The notes under the pieces: generated by a model
What the model was told of the DNA's origin: nothing
Seen by the model: the letters and a program-made list of their open reading frames with translations, nothing else
Database searches by the model: none
Part shown: piece after piece, positions 48,037-60,021 of the stretch
Position numbering within the stretch: position 1 is the first letter of the stretch
How the letters are laid out: the number at the start of each line of letters is the position of its first letter
DNA from: Scyliorhinus canicula
Lineage: Eukaryota
Assembly (NCBI RefSeq): GCF_902713615.1
Contig: NC_052165.1
Location: 71,129,480-71,193,479 of the forward strand
Direction of reading: 5' to 3'
DNA: 64,000 bases
Translations under genes and position numbers: made by a program

Positions 48037-49057
48037 CTTTCAATTCCAGAATTGCGAGGATGCCTAGTCCACATTTATTTACCCACAGACTCTTCCCTCC
48101 GCCCCCAGATTATTTCCATGTGAGAAACACATAAGTAAAGTGGATCTCGTTAAAACTAGCTGACGACTGACCTAAGCTGAGCCACTGGGTTAGAATAAAA
48201 ATCCGCATTCATAAAGCGCCACAAACCAGATGTTAAACCTCTTCCTTGCTCTCCCCAAAACCTCAAAGCAGTATCGCTTTCTAAAGTGCTGCTAAATTTA
48301 GAACCCTTTGGATTTAGAGAGAGTGGTATTCTTGGGCAAGGGTTTGTTAGATTCTTTTTTTTGTAGGGGTTCAGAAGGATAGCTTTACCACATAACACTC
48401 AACAAAAGAACCAGAGCTGGCCTTTAGGAGAGCAACAATACAGACGAGCCTTTGATGGATGGAAGAATGAGTCTCGGACATCAGGCTGCCGTAGCCCTCA
48501 GGTGGCTTCAGCTGGTTACTCATGAGCGGAGTATACGTTTGTGCAGCTCTATCACTGCCCCGGTGCAAGGATCATTTCCATATTTTAATTGAATTTCCAT
48601 GGATCGGGGCAAACATCCCCGTGATGCTCCTCGACTCTCTGATGGATGCTCCAATCTTTGTGCAACGAGCCTTCCAGATTGTCTGATGGATGACAGCTGT
48701 AGCTCACACACTGGACAGATGCTCAGGGCTCCCATGAAAAATTCCCCTATTAGGTTTCTTGCCCAATGGAGCACATAAGCTTCCAGCCCCACACATTTCA
48801 ACTGCCAGTACACTCGTGAGGAAGCAGGGGCAGCAGCAAGTTGCTCTGAGGAGATAGTATGGAAATTGTTTCACTGCTTTTAAGGAAAAATATTGGAATT
48901 TTGTAATGTTTTATTCAGTGAGCCAGAACAAATCTATTTTAACTCGTTTCCCTTCGGTTTTCACATTTTTATTTGATCCCCATTGAGCAGGCGGATGAGC
49001 CACAGGTTGTCTCTGCCTTTTGAGGTGAGTGGTAAGGTGTGAGCAAGAGCAGTTTAA

Positions 49058-49363
49058 CAATAATAATCTTTATTAGTGTCACAGGTAGGCTTATATTAAC
49101 ACTGCAATGAAGTTACTGTGAAAATCCCCTAGTCGCCACACTCCGGCGCCTGTTCAGGTATACTGAGGGAGAATTCAGAATATCCAATTCACCTGACAAG
49201 CACGTCTTTCGGAACTTTTGGGAGGAAACCGGATCGCCCGGAGGAAACCCACGCAGACACTGGGAGGAGGCGCAGACTCCGCACAGTCAGTGACCCAAGC
49301 CGGGAATCGAACCCAGGTCCCTGGCGCTGTGAAGCAACAGTGCTAACCACGGTGCTACTGTGC
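49058..49363 (-). mobile_element. V-SINE with alternative 3' tail
   Basis: HE1-type head and V-domain; tail gaagttactgtgaaaa.cccctagtcgccaca shared with 19988-20162 and 52443-52628. Confidence 0.85.
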
Positions 49364-49569
49364 TCAGATGCCATGCGTTCTGATTCAGCGCTTCTCACTC
49401 CCTCGCTCCACAGAAACGCTGAGTCTTTCCTTTAGCATTGCTGCCATTGGCATGACCAAGGTAGGGAACTCATTATGTGGGGGGGAATGGGAGGGTCACA
49501 GTTGTGTCATGTTGCTCAGCAGCGTGCACTATATCTGTGCATCAACAAACTCTGTCCATGTACCACCTA

Positions 49570-49708
49570 CCTGATACCCGTGTCACTCACCTGATGAAGG
49601 AGCTGCGCTCCGAAAGCTAGTGATTCCAAACAAACATTTTGGACTTTAACCTGGTGTTGTGAGACTTTTTACTATGCCCACCCCAGTCCTATGCCGGCAT
49701 CTCCACAT
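49570..49708 (+). mobile_element. Penelope-like single pLTR insertion
   Basis: Homologous to 40016-40228; TSD catgtaccaccta / catgtgccaccta. Confidence 0.8.
49587..49623 (+). ncRNA. Minimal type I hammerhead ribozyme motif (Penelope type)
   Basis: TCAC-CTGATGA-A-GGAGC tgc GCTCC-GAAA-GC-TA-GTGA: complete core, stems I and II, palindromic AGCT stem III. Confidence 0.75.
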
Positions 49709-50089
49709 CATGTGCCACCTAAGAAGCAATTGTTTCCCCCACTCCCCCCGCTTCTTGCTCATTTTCTGCCTGTTTTAAACAATTCGGGTCCTCACCAAAT
49801 AACCATCGATCATGTTTGATCAAATTATTTATTGCGGAGGGATTTGTCAACGGTGTCCCTGGCGAATGTTCCCCACTTCGCCCACACGCACTTCTAGCAA
49901 GAAACATAGAATCATAAAATCAAGCAAGACAGAAGGAAGACACTCTGTTCATTGTGCCTTTTGACTGAGCCATCCAGTTAGGCACAGTCCCCCTTTGTCT
50001 CCATATAACACCGACAAACAATTCCTTTTCAAGATATAACTAAGTATATATCAAGTATATTTATGTATGTACTATATCTATAACATATA

Positions 50090-51075
50090 TAAATGATTTG
50101 GATGAGGGATCTAAATGTGATATCTCCAAATTTGTAGATGATGCAAAGTTGGGTGGAAGGGTGAGCTGTGAGGAGGATGCAGAGATGCTTCAGTGAAAGT
50201 ACAGTAAGAAGTCTTACAACACCAGGTTAAAGTCCAACAGGTTTGTTTCAAACACGAGCTTTCGGAGCACGGCTCCTTCTTCATTCACCTGAAGAAGGAG
50301 CCGTGCTCCGAAAGCTCGTGTTTGAAACAAACCTGTTGGACTTTAACCTGGTGTTGTAAGACTTCTTACTGTGCTCACCCCAGTCCAACGCCGGCATCTC
50401 CACATCATCAGTGAAAGTAAGCATGCTAGGCAGGCAGTAAAGGTATATTGGCCTTCATAGCGAGAGGTTTTGGGTATAGGAATAGGGATGTTTTACTGCA
50501 ATTGTATAGGGCATTTGTGAGGCCACACATGGGGTATGGTGCACAGTTTTGGTGCCCTTATCTGAGGAAGGATGTTATTGCTAGGAAGGGAGTGCAGAAA
50601 AGGTTTAGTAGACCAATTCCTGGGTTGGTGGGACTATCATATGAAGAGACTAAGTCGGTTAGGATTATATTCATTGGAGTTTAGACGAGTGAGAGAGGAT
50701 CTCATGGAAACTTACAAAATTCTAACAGGATTAGACAGGGTTGATTCAGAAAGAATGTGCCCGATGATGGGGGAGTCCTGAGCTAGAGGCCATAGTTTGA
50801 GGATAAGGATTTTTTAGAATTCAAGTGAGGAGAAAGTTCTTAACCCAGAGAGTGGTGAATCTGTGGAATTCACTATCACAGAAAGTAGCTGAGGCCAAAA
50901 CATTATGTAATTTCAAGAAGGAATTAGATATTACTCTTGGGTCTAAAGAAATCAAGGGAAATGGGGGGAAGGCGGGATCAAGGTATTGAACTCGATGATC
51001 AGCCATGATCATAATGAATGGTTCAAAGGGCTGAATGGCCTCTTCGTGCTTCTATTTTCTTTGTATGTTTCTATG
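50090..51075 (+). mobile_element. CR1 LINE 3' fragment with a nested Penelope-like insertion
   Basis: NDLDEG..SKFVDDAKLGG, RPHMGYGAQFWCP, RVVNLWNSL. Confidence 0.9.
50202..50407. mobile_element. Penelope-like pLTR inverted pair with hammerhead core
   Basis: Perfect inverted arms; TSD tcagtgaaagta (50190-50201, 50408-50419); CTGAAGA at 50289. Confidence 0.82.
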
Positions 51076-52182
51076 TAAGTACAAAGTTATCATTTGAATA
51101 TTACTATTGGATTTGCTTCCATGGCTGTTTCAGGCATTCCCGATCACAGTTGAAGAATCCTTCTTCAGACACTAGGAAGTAGGCTTTGTAGCTTTGAGTA
51201 TATTAAGTGTCTTTATGAATAACTCATAACTGTGTACATATTTACAGTAAGGGGTACACGTATGGAGCTGCCTTCAGTCCAGGTCTTTACCTAGCTCTGT
51301 CCATATCTAGACAGACCCTGGTTCTGGGCCATGTGCCTTTTTACATCACTGTGTAGGCACCACTCTACTCAGCCCTTAACCCTGTATGTACCACACCCTA
51401 CTATTCACCTCTCCCCAAGTCTTTGTCCCATGGATATAAAGTTACTTTAGTTTTCTTCAAGTCTTACATTTCAATAAATTTTTTCCATTTACCTCATTGT
51501 TGTAACCTTAATGCTGTTCCAACATTACTGCTTTTACAACAAGAACATTAGCAACTTTCCCGCTACCTCATCTCCCCCTTCACGTTCTTGGTTAGAGGTC
51601 AGGCAACCTGGAGGCCTGCTAATCCTTCCACATCTCGTTCGTCGCTCTGTCAGGATTGTGGTAGGCTCCGGTGGCTCGGGTTCATGCAGGTGGCTCAGAG
51701 GTTGAACAGGTAAGGCTTTATCTGTTTCTTCTATTGTTTGACATTAAATCCTGCCTGGTTGGTCTGGCTGGTTTGGTGGTGCACAGATGTTGTTCCTCAT
51801 CATTACTTCTTGTGTGATGGATAAAAATGGTATTAGTTTACTTGATAGTGGCTCTTTTGCCTTTTTCTTTTTGGCTGTTGGGAACTTCTTGGAGGCTGAG
51901 GAACGGTGTTCCTGCGGCAAATCGATTGAGTAGTATGCTCACCTCTGTTGTTTTGTGTTGATGGTGTGAGACTGCTACGAGTTTTCAGCATCTCTTGTGG
52001 TCTTTATACGCTGGCTGGGTGTTGCCGTATGTGCCCAGTGGTTGGCGTACTGTACCATAGGCGTAGTTGGAGGTAGCAGCTCCTCAGAATGTTGAGCCTT
52101 CTCTGTCACCACTTACACCGGAGGTGCTATGGTGACCTCATGCGGTGGGTTGGTCTGACTATTGGGGACTTTCCAGCACATG

Positions 52183-52412
52183 GAACGATGAGGAAGAACC
52201 TCTTTATGCAGAGGGGAGTCTGGAATTTGCTGCCCGAGTTGGTGGTGGAGGCAGAGACCCTAAACTGTTTCAAAAAATACCTTAAGTGCTCTAAGTTGCA
52301 GGGCTATGGACAGGGTGCAGGAAGGTGGGATTAGAAAGGGCACCTGGGTGTCCTTGGGCTGCTGTGGACAAGATGAGCCTCCTTCTGTTCTGTAACTTTT
52401 CTATGATTCTAT
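52183..52412 (+). mobile_element. CR1 3' tail fragment
   Basis: RKNLFMQRGVWNLLPELVVEAETL and an attctatg-type end. Confidence 0.8.
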
Positions 52413-52442
52413 GATGCTCTCGACCGATTTCCTCTGATTTAA

Positions 52443-52628
52443 AAATGAAATGAAATGAAAATCGCTTATTGTCACGAGTAGGCTTCAATGAAGTTACTGT
52501 GAAAAGCCCCTAGTCGCCACATTCTGGCGCCTGTCCGGGGAGGCTGGTACGGGAATTGAACCGTGCTGCTGGCCTGCCTTGGTCTGCTTTAAAAGCCAGC
52601 GATTTAGCCCAGTGTGCTAAACCAGCAC
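52443..52628 (-). mobile_element. Short tRNA-derived SINE
   Basis: Near-identical to 19988-20162, (aaatg)n tail. Confidence 0.85.
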
Positions 52629-54114
52629 CTAATTTCTACTGAGATTTCTACTGAGGCCTGCTGTACGCAAGTAATGTGAAAAATTACTTCTCAATGATGC
52701 CAAAAATCCTGTTGGATTTGTGTCTTGGGTTGGTCCAAACTGATCTGGTGAGTTCAATTTACAATTCATTTTAAAAGTGTGGGTTCAAGTACAGCTTGAA
52801 GTGATTAGAGACTTCCAAGATGGCTTCATCGTTCACTGCCGAACAATGGATCACCCATAGTTGCCAGATTTTGGTGGGCTTTCCAAAATGATGGCGGTGT
52901 GCTTCTGTCTGAAGAAGAAGAGTCTGCGTGGGTCAGCCAGCTGCTGACTTAATTTGATCAGTGGTGTAACATTCTGAGTCGGGACGCACAGAACATGTCC
53001 TCAGGTTTGCTGTTTGGGAAATCGATTGGGTAGGAGGTGCCTGAATTAGACAAAATTAATTATTAATTTATTTATTTGGCAAACCTGGGGGCCACGTGTT
53101 GAGACTTGGAGGTGGTGATCAGGGTTAACGACGGGATTCTTTCAAACTGCCTTTTGACGGAATGAATGAAAAGATGTTTCTTAGGGCTGGCTGGCTGAGA
53201 CTTTAAAACGTTTTATTACACCTGGCACACTGCTGGCTGAAGCTGGATTTGCAAGGTGGATTCAATGGAGTCAATCTACCTTTTAACTTCCTGTCTCTTC
53301 TCCCTCTGGAGGTTTCTCTTTCTGGTAAATTTTCTCTTCATCTGTAGCTTCAGTAGGGAGTTAGGTTCAATGCAAATTGAAATTGTCCTTTTTCTTAACT
53401 TCTCAGCATTTTTATGAGGATCCGGGTTTTGCTTCTGGACCGAACCACAATGAAGAATTTTGCGATGAAACAGGCTTTGTGGTCTTGAATGCATTAACAG
53501 CAAGTCTTTATCAACAACTCACAATATCCAGTGGAAGGTACAGGTATGGAGCTGACTAGATCTTTAACCATCTGGGTCTTTAACCATCTCTGCTCATCTC
53601 TATATTGACCCTTGCTCTGGGTCATGTGCCTTCTTACATCGATCGCTGTGCCTGTGATACTGTACTCAGTCCAATATTAATCCCATAAGTACCACACACT
53701 ACTCCTACTGCAACAAAATCTCACTGTGCAAAGGAAATTCATCTCAACTGCCATTGAGCCAACTGTGTCCTCTGGTTATTGATCCTCCTATAAGTTGAAA
53801 CCGAAGGTTAAATTTTTCAAGGGATTTTAAAATCCTGCAACTGGGGCCTATAGTGGAAAGCAGGAGGCGACTCTGCTCTGGCGGGCAGTGGCATCCTGAA
53901 GCACAATCTTGCCAGCAGTGGAGGAACCCGGAATCAGGCAGGCCTCAACGATTGGGGTGAGAGGCAGGGACACAGAGTGCAAATCAAGGAGGGTTCCCCT
54001 TGTTAGTTGGCGGACTGCACACATGACCATTTTGCCTCCCACCCCTCCACCAATGGGCTGGAAAAATTCAGTTCCTAGTTTCTGCTTGTTTCTCCTCATG
54101 TACACTTTTGAAAA

Positions 54115-54318
54115 CAACTGTTAAACCTCTCTTTAACCTGCACTTATCTGAGGAGAACAACCCCAGCTTCTCTAATCTCTTCATATAACTGATGTCCCTC
54201 ATTCCTGACACCATTTTATTAAATCTCCAGTGCGTTCTCTCTAAGGCCTCGGCATCCTTCTCCACCTCCAGGATGATGCGAATAGGTAGGACAAAATACT
54301 CAACTGGGGCCTAACCTG
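54115..54318 (-). mobile_element. Old CR1 fragment
   Basis: KDAEALERTHWRFNKMVSGMRDISYMKRLEKLGLFS. Confidence 0.8.
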
Positions 54319-55837
54319 AGGCCAGACCGGAGCAGGACTCTTAATGAATGGGTGCCTAGGTCGATTGCTGTGCTCCTGCCCTGAGGCCCAGCTAACTCAG
54401 AAAAGAGCATTGTTCAAAACCGAGACCTTCCTGGTCAGCTTGGCTCAGGAATACTGCCGAGCCATTAGGTGAGAGAACAATTAAAATAACATTTTGGGAA
54501 AGGCCTACAGAGGCAAAAAGCAGACATCAAGCTGGTCCTGAGTACTGCTGTCTTCAATGCTATTAAATCTAACTGCTTCATAAGTAGTAATGTTGCGTGA
54601 CAATATTATGATTTGCAAGCCAGAAACTCCTGATGGCACAAAGTCTTTAAAGCTGCTTTTCCCCTTTTCTGGCCAATCATCTGGTCAATTTGAAGCCAAA
54701 TTCACAAACTCCTTCTGCTCACTTGGTTAAATTTCAAGTGGGGCTGATAGGAAATAGATTATTTCAGTATAACTTCAGCCAGCACCAAAAATAAAACGAT
54801 ATTGAAGTGAGAAAAATCGCAAAAATATCTACCCGAGGACCGATCACTTGATATTTAAACTGATGTCAAAATCGGTTCAGTGGAAGTACCAGGAAACTGC
54901 GGCTTTTAATTATCGTTCTTTCTCATTTAAAACTGATGGCCTCCTCCTGATACCCGATGAAAGAAAGGTACCCCCTGCAGTGCTCCCACATTTCACATAG
55001 TGCAAATCTACATTCCTAATATCCACCATTCCCCAGCTGAAAGGGCAGTTTATTCGTCCTGATTCCTGAACTCATTCTGAACCGGCCATCAACAGGCACT
55101 AAGGAGCTACCCTCCCCTTCTAATTTAGCCTCTGGCCCTGTCTGGGAAAGATGCATATGACATCTTTAAACACGATCTGTGCATCATCATCATTAAGCGT
55201 TCAGTTTCATGAAGCCATCAGCCTGTGTCTGTGTGACTGGAAAACCATTGAATGCGGGCATTTGTAAATGGGTGTTTGCAGCGGGCAGAATGTTCTGGAC
55301 GGAATACGGCCTCCAGTGTAAACTGCGTTACGACCCCCTTGGGTAAGTGCACGGTCAGTTCCAGCCCCACTCGTCCTCGTGTCACAACACAAGGGAATTA
55401 ACCAAGAATTCTTATAAAAATTCCCAAAGCCTTTGGCCCTTGGCTGCCCAAAATTACAGTCACCAGGTTTGTAAGTTTAAACACGATTACTGTGCATTTA
55501 TACCAAGAACTACCATGAAATATGCAGTAAATACACTGGATAACAACAAGCTAATACCTACTACCCACTTTAACTGTCCCACCCTCTACCCAGGCACATA
55601 AGACAGATAAATGCAGAGGGGGGGGGGGGGGGAAGGGGTGAAAAATAATAAGGATGAAAGTCAAAAGATAAGAGGCAGATGGTAGTTTTTTAGCACACTT
55701 TTTCCACAGCAAGCTTGCATACTAGAGACTTTGATTTTCAGCCAGTCGTGGTCTTCTTCGAAGAGGCATTCATTCAGGGCCCCAGCAGTTTAGAAAATGC
55801 AGTATTCACAGGTGCAGGCTTTCTGAAGAGGCAACTT

Positions 55838-57880
55838 GGGTGGGATTCTCCATTTCAGAGACGAAGTGTTGATGCCAGGACTGAATCGGTGGATTTCTAC
55901 GACAACTAAATTGGTGGCGGTGCCGATCCTGGAGCAATTCCGGATCCGTTAATGGGCTCGCACCAACACCACGTGAAACAAGATCGAATCCAATGAAAAA
56001 TGGGGTTGGGATTGCCACTCGAGACGCTGACAATCTACAGCCGCATATCAGCACTCCACTCCACACACTCACTCATCCCAATCAACAAGATGGCACCCCG
56101 GTTTGCGGACGGCGAGCTGGAGACCCTGATGGATGCTGTGGAGGAGAGTCAGGCCACGCTGTTCCCCGAGGTGGGAAGGAGGCTGTCACCCACCATGGTA
56201 CATTGAGCTTGGGTGCAGGTGGCAGAAGCTGTGAGCACCGTGGGCCCCACCTCCAGGACCGGCCTGCAGCAGCGAAAGAAGCCTCCTGACCACAGGGTGG
56301 CCATGGTGAATAGGCAGCATTGTGTCCCAGATACCAACCCCTGTCTCACATGCCCATACCCCTCCCCAACCTGGAGGGCAACTGAATCGTACCCACCAGC
56401 AGTGTGCGCGCTCTCCCCTGCACCACATGCCGGCACCCAATACCAGTTACCATGGCCGGGTGCCCTGGCAACGAAGGCCACCCCCTGCACTTTCCGTGTC
56501 CGATTGTCTAATACCGAACAGGTGATATCTGCAGTGGAAACGTTGGGGGTCAAGGTATTGGCCGTGAGTCAGGATGTCCAAGGGCTGGGGCACTCTGTGT
56601 GGGCAGTGGCCAAATCAGAGAGCTGCCCTGTCACAGTCCACCTGGCCATTGCAGCAGCGCTCCAGAGCTTGGACCTGTCGCAAAGGGTTATCACTGAGCT
56701 ATTGCCTGGCTGCTGGCAGACCTGAGCCAGTCCTGGAGGAAGGTGGCACAGTCACTGAATGATGTGACACAGTCCCAGAAGGAGGTAGTCCAGTCTCTGT
56801 GCTCCATGGCTGCACGCATAGAGACTCGTGTCAAAGCGAGAGAGGGCTTCCAGGACTGGCAGCGGCAGGTGGCAGGGAAGCCCCAGGAGTTTCCTCCAGT
56901 CGCCCCCCCCCGAGATCCACAGAGTAGCCCGGGGACCATCGGGCACACCGAGGGAGGAGGAGGAGACTCCTGCAGGGGAGGTATTGGGTGCAGGTATTGG
57001 GTGCACCTGCAACACCACAGCGCCTCGGATTGTCCCTCCACCCCCTGTTCCAGGCACATCCGGTGGTTAGTAGGGAGAACAGGGTGGCACCACGTCACTT
57101 GGGACACACGAGCAGCAGCCGGGTCCATCCAGGCTGGGTCACTCCAGAGGACAGCCGGGTCATAGGGCGGGAATCACTGCAGGCCACCTCCACTCCTGAT
57201 GTACCACATGTGGATCAATCTAAACGTAGCATTAGGGCCCGTAAGGCCAGAAAGGTAGACACCAGTTAAAGTGGCAAGGGTGCAGCACCGAGAATAGTCT
57301 TCGGAATCAAACCTTTATAGAGTTGTTCACATATTCTTTGTAAAATAAACACCTGCGCACAAAAGTTCCAACCTGCCTCGGTGCTCTTTTAGAAGGGTGT
57401 GAGGGATAGGCTGGACTGGGCTGGCTGCAGAGTGGGTGTTTGACAGGGTGGGGTAATGGGCAGCCCGTGGTCACGGTCTGGGGCCCCCGATTGAATTCTG
57501 CACATCGCCCCGGTACCCTGCTCCTCCCCCTCCCTCTTGCCCAACCTGCACCCCAACCCAACCTCCGCCACCCCAAGGGTTCGATGGGACCATGTGATGG
57601 AATGGCCAGCTCGCATGCAGGGATCACCCAGGTGGGTGAGAATGCTATCGTGGGTAGGAGTCAGACGTTGTCCAATGACGCGGAGCACCAGAGCTCATCA
57701 CAGAGCGGGTCATCATCAACCTCCATCCCATGGATCAGACCCGCTCTTACTGCCAACCCAGGGCCCTCATCTGCAGGTAGGGTGTAGGACAGGTTGTCAT
57801 AGGAGGGGTCGGTTGGCCAGGGTGGTGTGTGGGGTGGGATGGGACGCCCATGCCATCAGCCATGTCCCCAGTTGGTGATT
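55838..57880 (+). mobile_element. Decayed PIF/Harbinger element with Myb/SANT-like gene
   Basis: TIR gggtgggattctcc; MAPRFADGELETLMDAVEE..LFP..W.QVAEAVS..RT; AQSL heptads and QDWQRQ resemble 20843-21094. Confidence 0.72.
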
Positions 57881-58657
57881 TTAGAGGCAATTAGAGCGGC
57901 CCATATTTGTTTTTCCTCATATCAGCAGTACCCTAGTAAATCTCAGTAGCCTTTCTATAATGTGGAGCCCAAAATGCTTAACTGAGGTCTTAATTTCCTT
58001 ACGTCTAGGCTTTTATATTCCATATCTTGAGATAACATGTAACATTCTATCAACAATTTTAACGTTTTTTCAGACTGGTGTCTGAATTCTCCGTTTGGGT
58101 GACTAAGGGCGCCATTAAATGGCTCTCAATCTCAACGTGACTGATCGCGGGAGAGTCCAAAATCGAGAACCGCGCCGATCGGTTTGCGATCTAACTGCGC
58201 TGCCCCCGTTGGCGAAGTCCGGATCCTGCCGCAGCATGGCTAAAAGCATGGCCAATCAACGGGAAAGATCCCATGTCGAATGGCCTCCCGGGATCTAACC
58301 GCCTCACCAGCAAGTGGTCACGTGGGTGCTGATGAAGCTGGCGGAATGGCTGCTGAGGGACCCCGAGGAGGTGAGTAGTCATCTTCGCTCCTTGACAATG
58401 AGCCCAGGGGTACTGGCATTGCAGCCCCAGCACTCGGGGGAGAGTGGAGGTGCCGCTGGGGGGGGGGCAGCCTCGATCAGGGTGAACCGCCATCAATGGG
58501 GGCGGGGGGGAATGTTGTGGGGGATGCCCTTGGGCTGGGGGTGTGTGTGTGTGTGTGTCTCCACCCTTGTGTGTGTCTCCACCCCCTCCCGGGTCTGCCA
58601 TGCCACCCCCTGGATCGTGTGCACCCGTTACCATTAGCAATAACCTTTAGCTGCACA

Positions 58658-58830
58658 GCTAAATTGCCCGTAGTGTCTTAATAAACGTAAGGTTAAGGGG
58701 GGGTTGTTGGGTTACGGGTATAGGGTAGATACGTGAGTTTGAGTAGGGGTGATCATGGCTCGGCACAACATTGAGGGCCGAAGGGCCTGTTCTGTGCTGT
58801 ACTGTTCTATGTTCTATGTCTATGTCTATG
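58658..58830 (+). mobile_element. HE1 SINE 3' half
   Basis: Matches 45714-45874. Confidence 0.88.
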
Positions 58831-59822
58831 TTACGGGGCAAATCCATCCCCTGCCTGTCTGTCCCACCCATAACTCCCACTGACCGTGGAGGCCTTTAGC
58901 TGTGCAGCTAAAGGTTATTGCTAATAGGGAAATGGCAATCGTAGTTAAGTGAGCACCACAGAACCCAAGTGGATTCCTGTGGGGTGGGCGTGCCATGAGG
59001 CATGTGGGGGTTATTGCCCAGCATCCCAATCAGAACTGAGCTCTGCAGGAAGCAACACTACAGACGCAGCAGACAATATCCAAACACCTAGGAGCTGGGC
59101 CCCAACACCGGGGTCATCTCCGCGACCAGAGGGTGGGTATGTGAACCAGGGAGGGAACCAGTGCCCGGTCCAGGTAACGTTAAGTGCGGGTGTCTGCGGC
59201 ACATGTCTGAAGTCCGGTAACCAGGGGGCCCCGCTGCAGCTGGGGGTGGTGGTGCATGAGAACGACATGTCATATGGCAGGAGATGTGGGGGGAGGGGGG
59301 ATTCGGGGTGGGGTAATGGGGGAGCAGAGGGTCTCACACCAATTTCTTACAGATATTACACAAAATGGATGATATTTTGGCTCCACGAAGGCTGCCTTTG
59401 CGGTGCTGCTGGCAGACGGCGGAGAAGGCGGATGCAGCTGCGTTGACAGAGGCTCGAGGCGGCAGCCCGTGTTCAGGGCCCTGCCACACAGCCTGAGGAC
59501 CCGACCGCCTATCAGGCCAGGGAGTGATCCATGGTGAAGCCTGGCTACGGCCCAAGGTGTGCGGGTGTCACAGGTCTTTCAAACAGATGAAAGATAGCTT
59601 GTGCGGCAGGAGGCTTTGCCTCAACAAGGGGACGGTGCGGCACCTAGCCTCGCGGACACGGTGGGGGAGGATACCCACTCCCGGTAGCTGTCAGGGTCAC
59701 CACAGCCCTGAACCTTTATGCCTCAGGATTATTCCAGGCCTCGAGTGGTGACTTGTGCAGCATCTACGAGCTACGAGGTCACGGATGCCCTGTTGCTCAG
59801 GCAGCAAACTATATAAACTTTG

Positions 59823-60021
59823 TAAGAAGTCTTACAACACCAGGTTAAAGTCCAACAGGTTTGTTTCAAACACGAGCTTTCAGAGCACGGCTCCTTCTTC
59901 AGGTGAGCCGTGAGCCGTGCTCCGAAAGCTCGTGTTTGAAACAAACCTGTTGGACTTTAACCTGGTGTTGTAAGACTTCTTACTGTGCTCACCCCAGTCC
60001 AACGCCGGCATCTCCACATCA
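59823..60021. mobile_element. Penelope-like pLTR inverted pair inserted in the Harbinger transposase
   Basis: TSD tatataaactttg (59810-59822, 60022-60034); minus-strand CTGAAGA..GAAAGCTC. Confidence 0.82.

Larger units (their letters stand above)
51135..53700 (-). mobile_element. Very old LTR retroelement remnant bounded by diverged direct repeats
   Basis: ~51180-51395 resembles ~53470-53697; PPT-like cctctcccc near 51410; decayed internal sequence. Confidence 0.5.

Noticed and set aside
55328-55837. Possible LTR fragment; also unassigned GC-rich 24980-25700 and 5080-5877
   Set aside because: Repeat-like, but no termini, TSD or coding motif could be established
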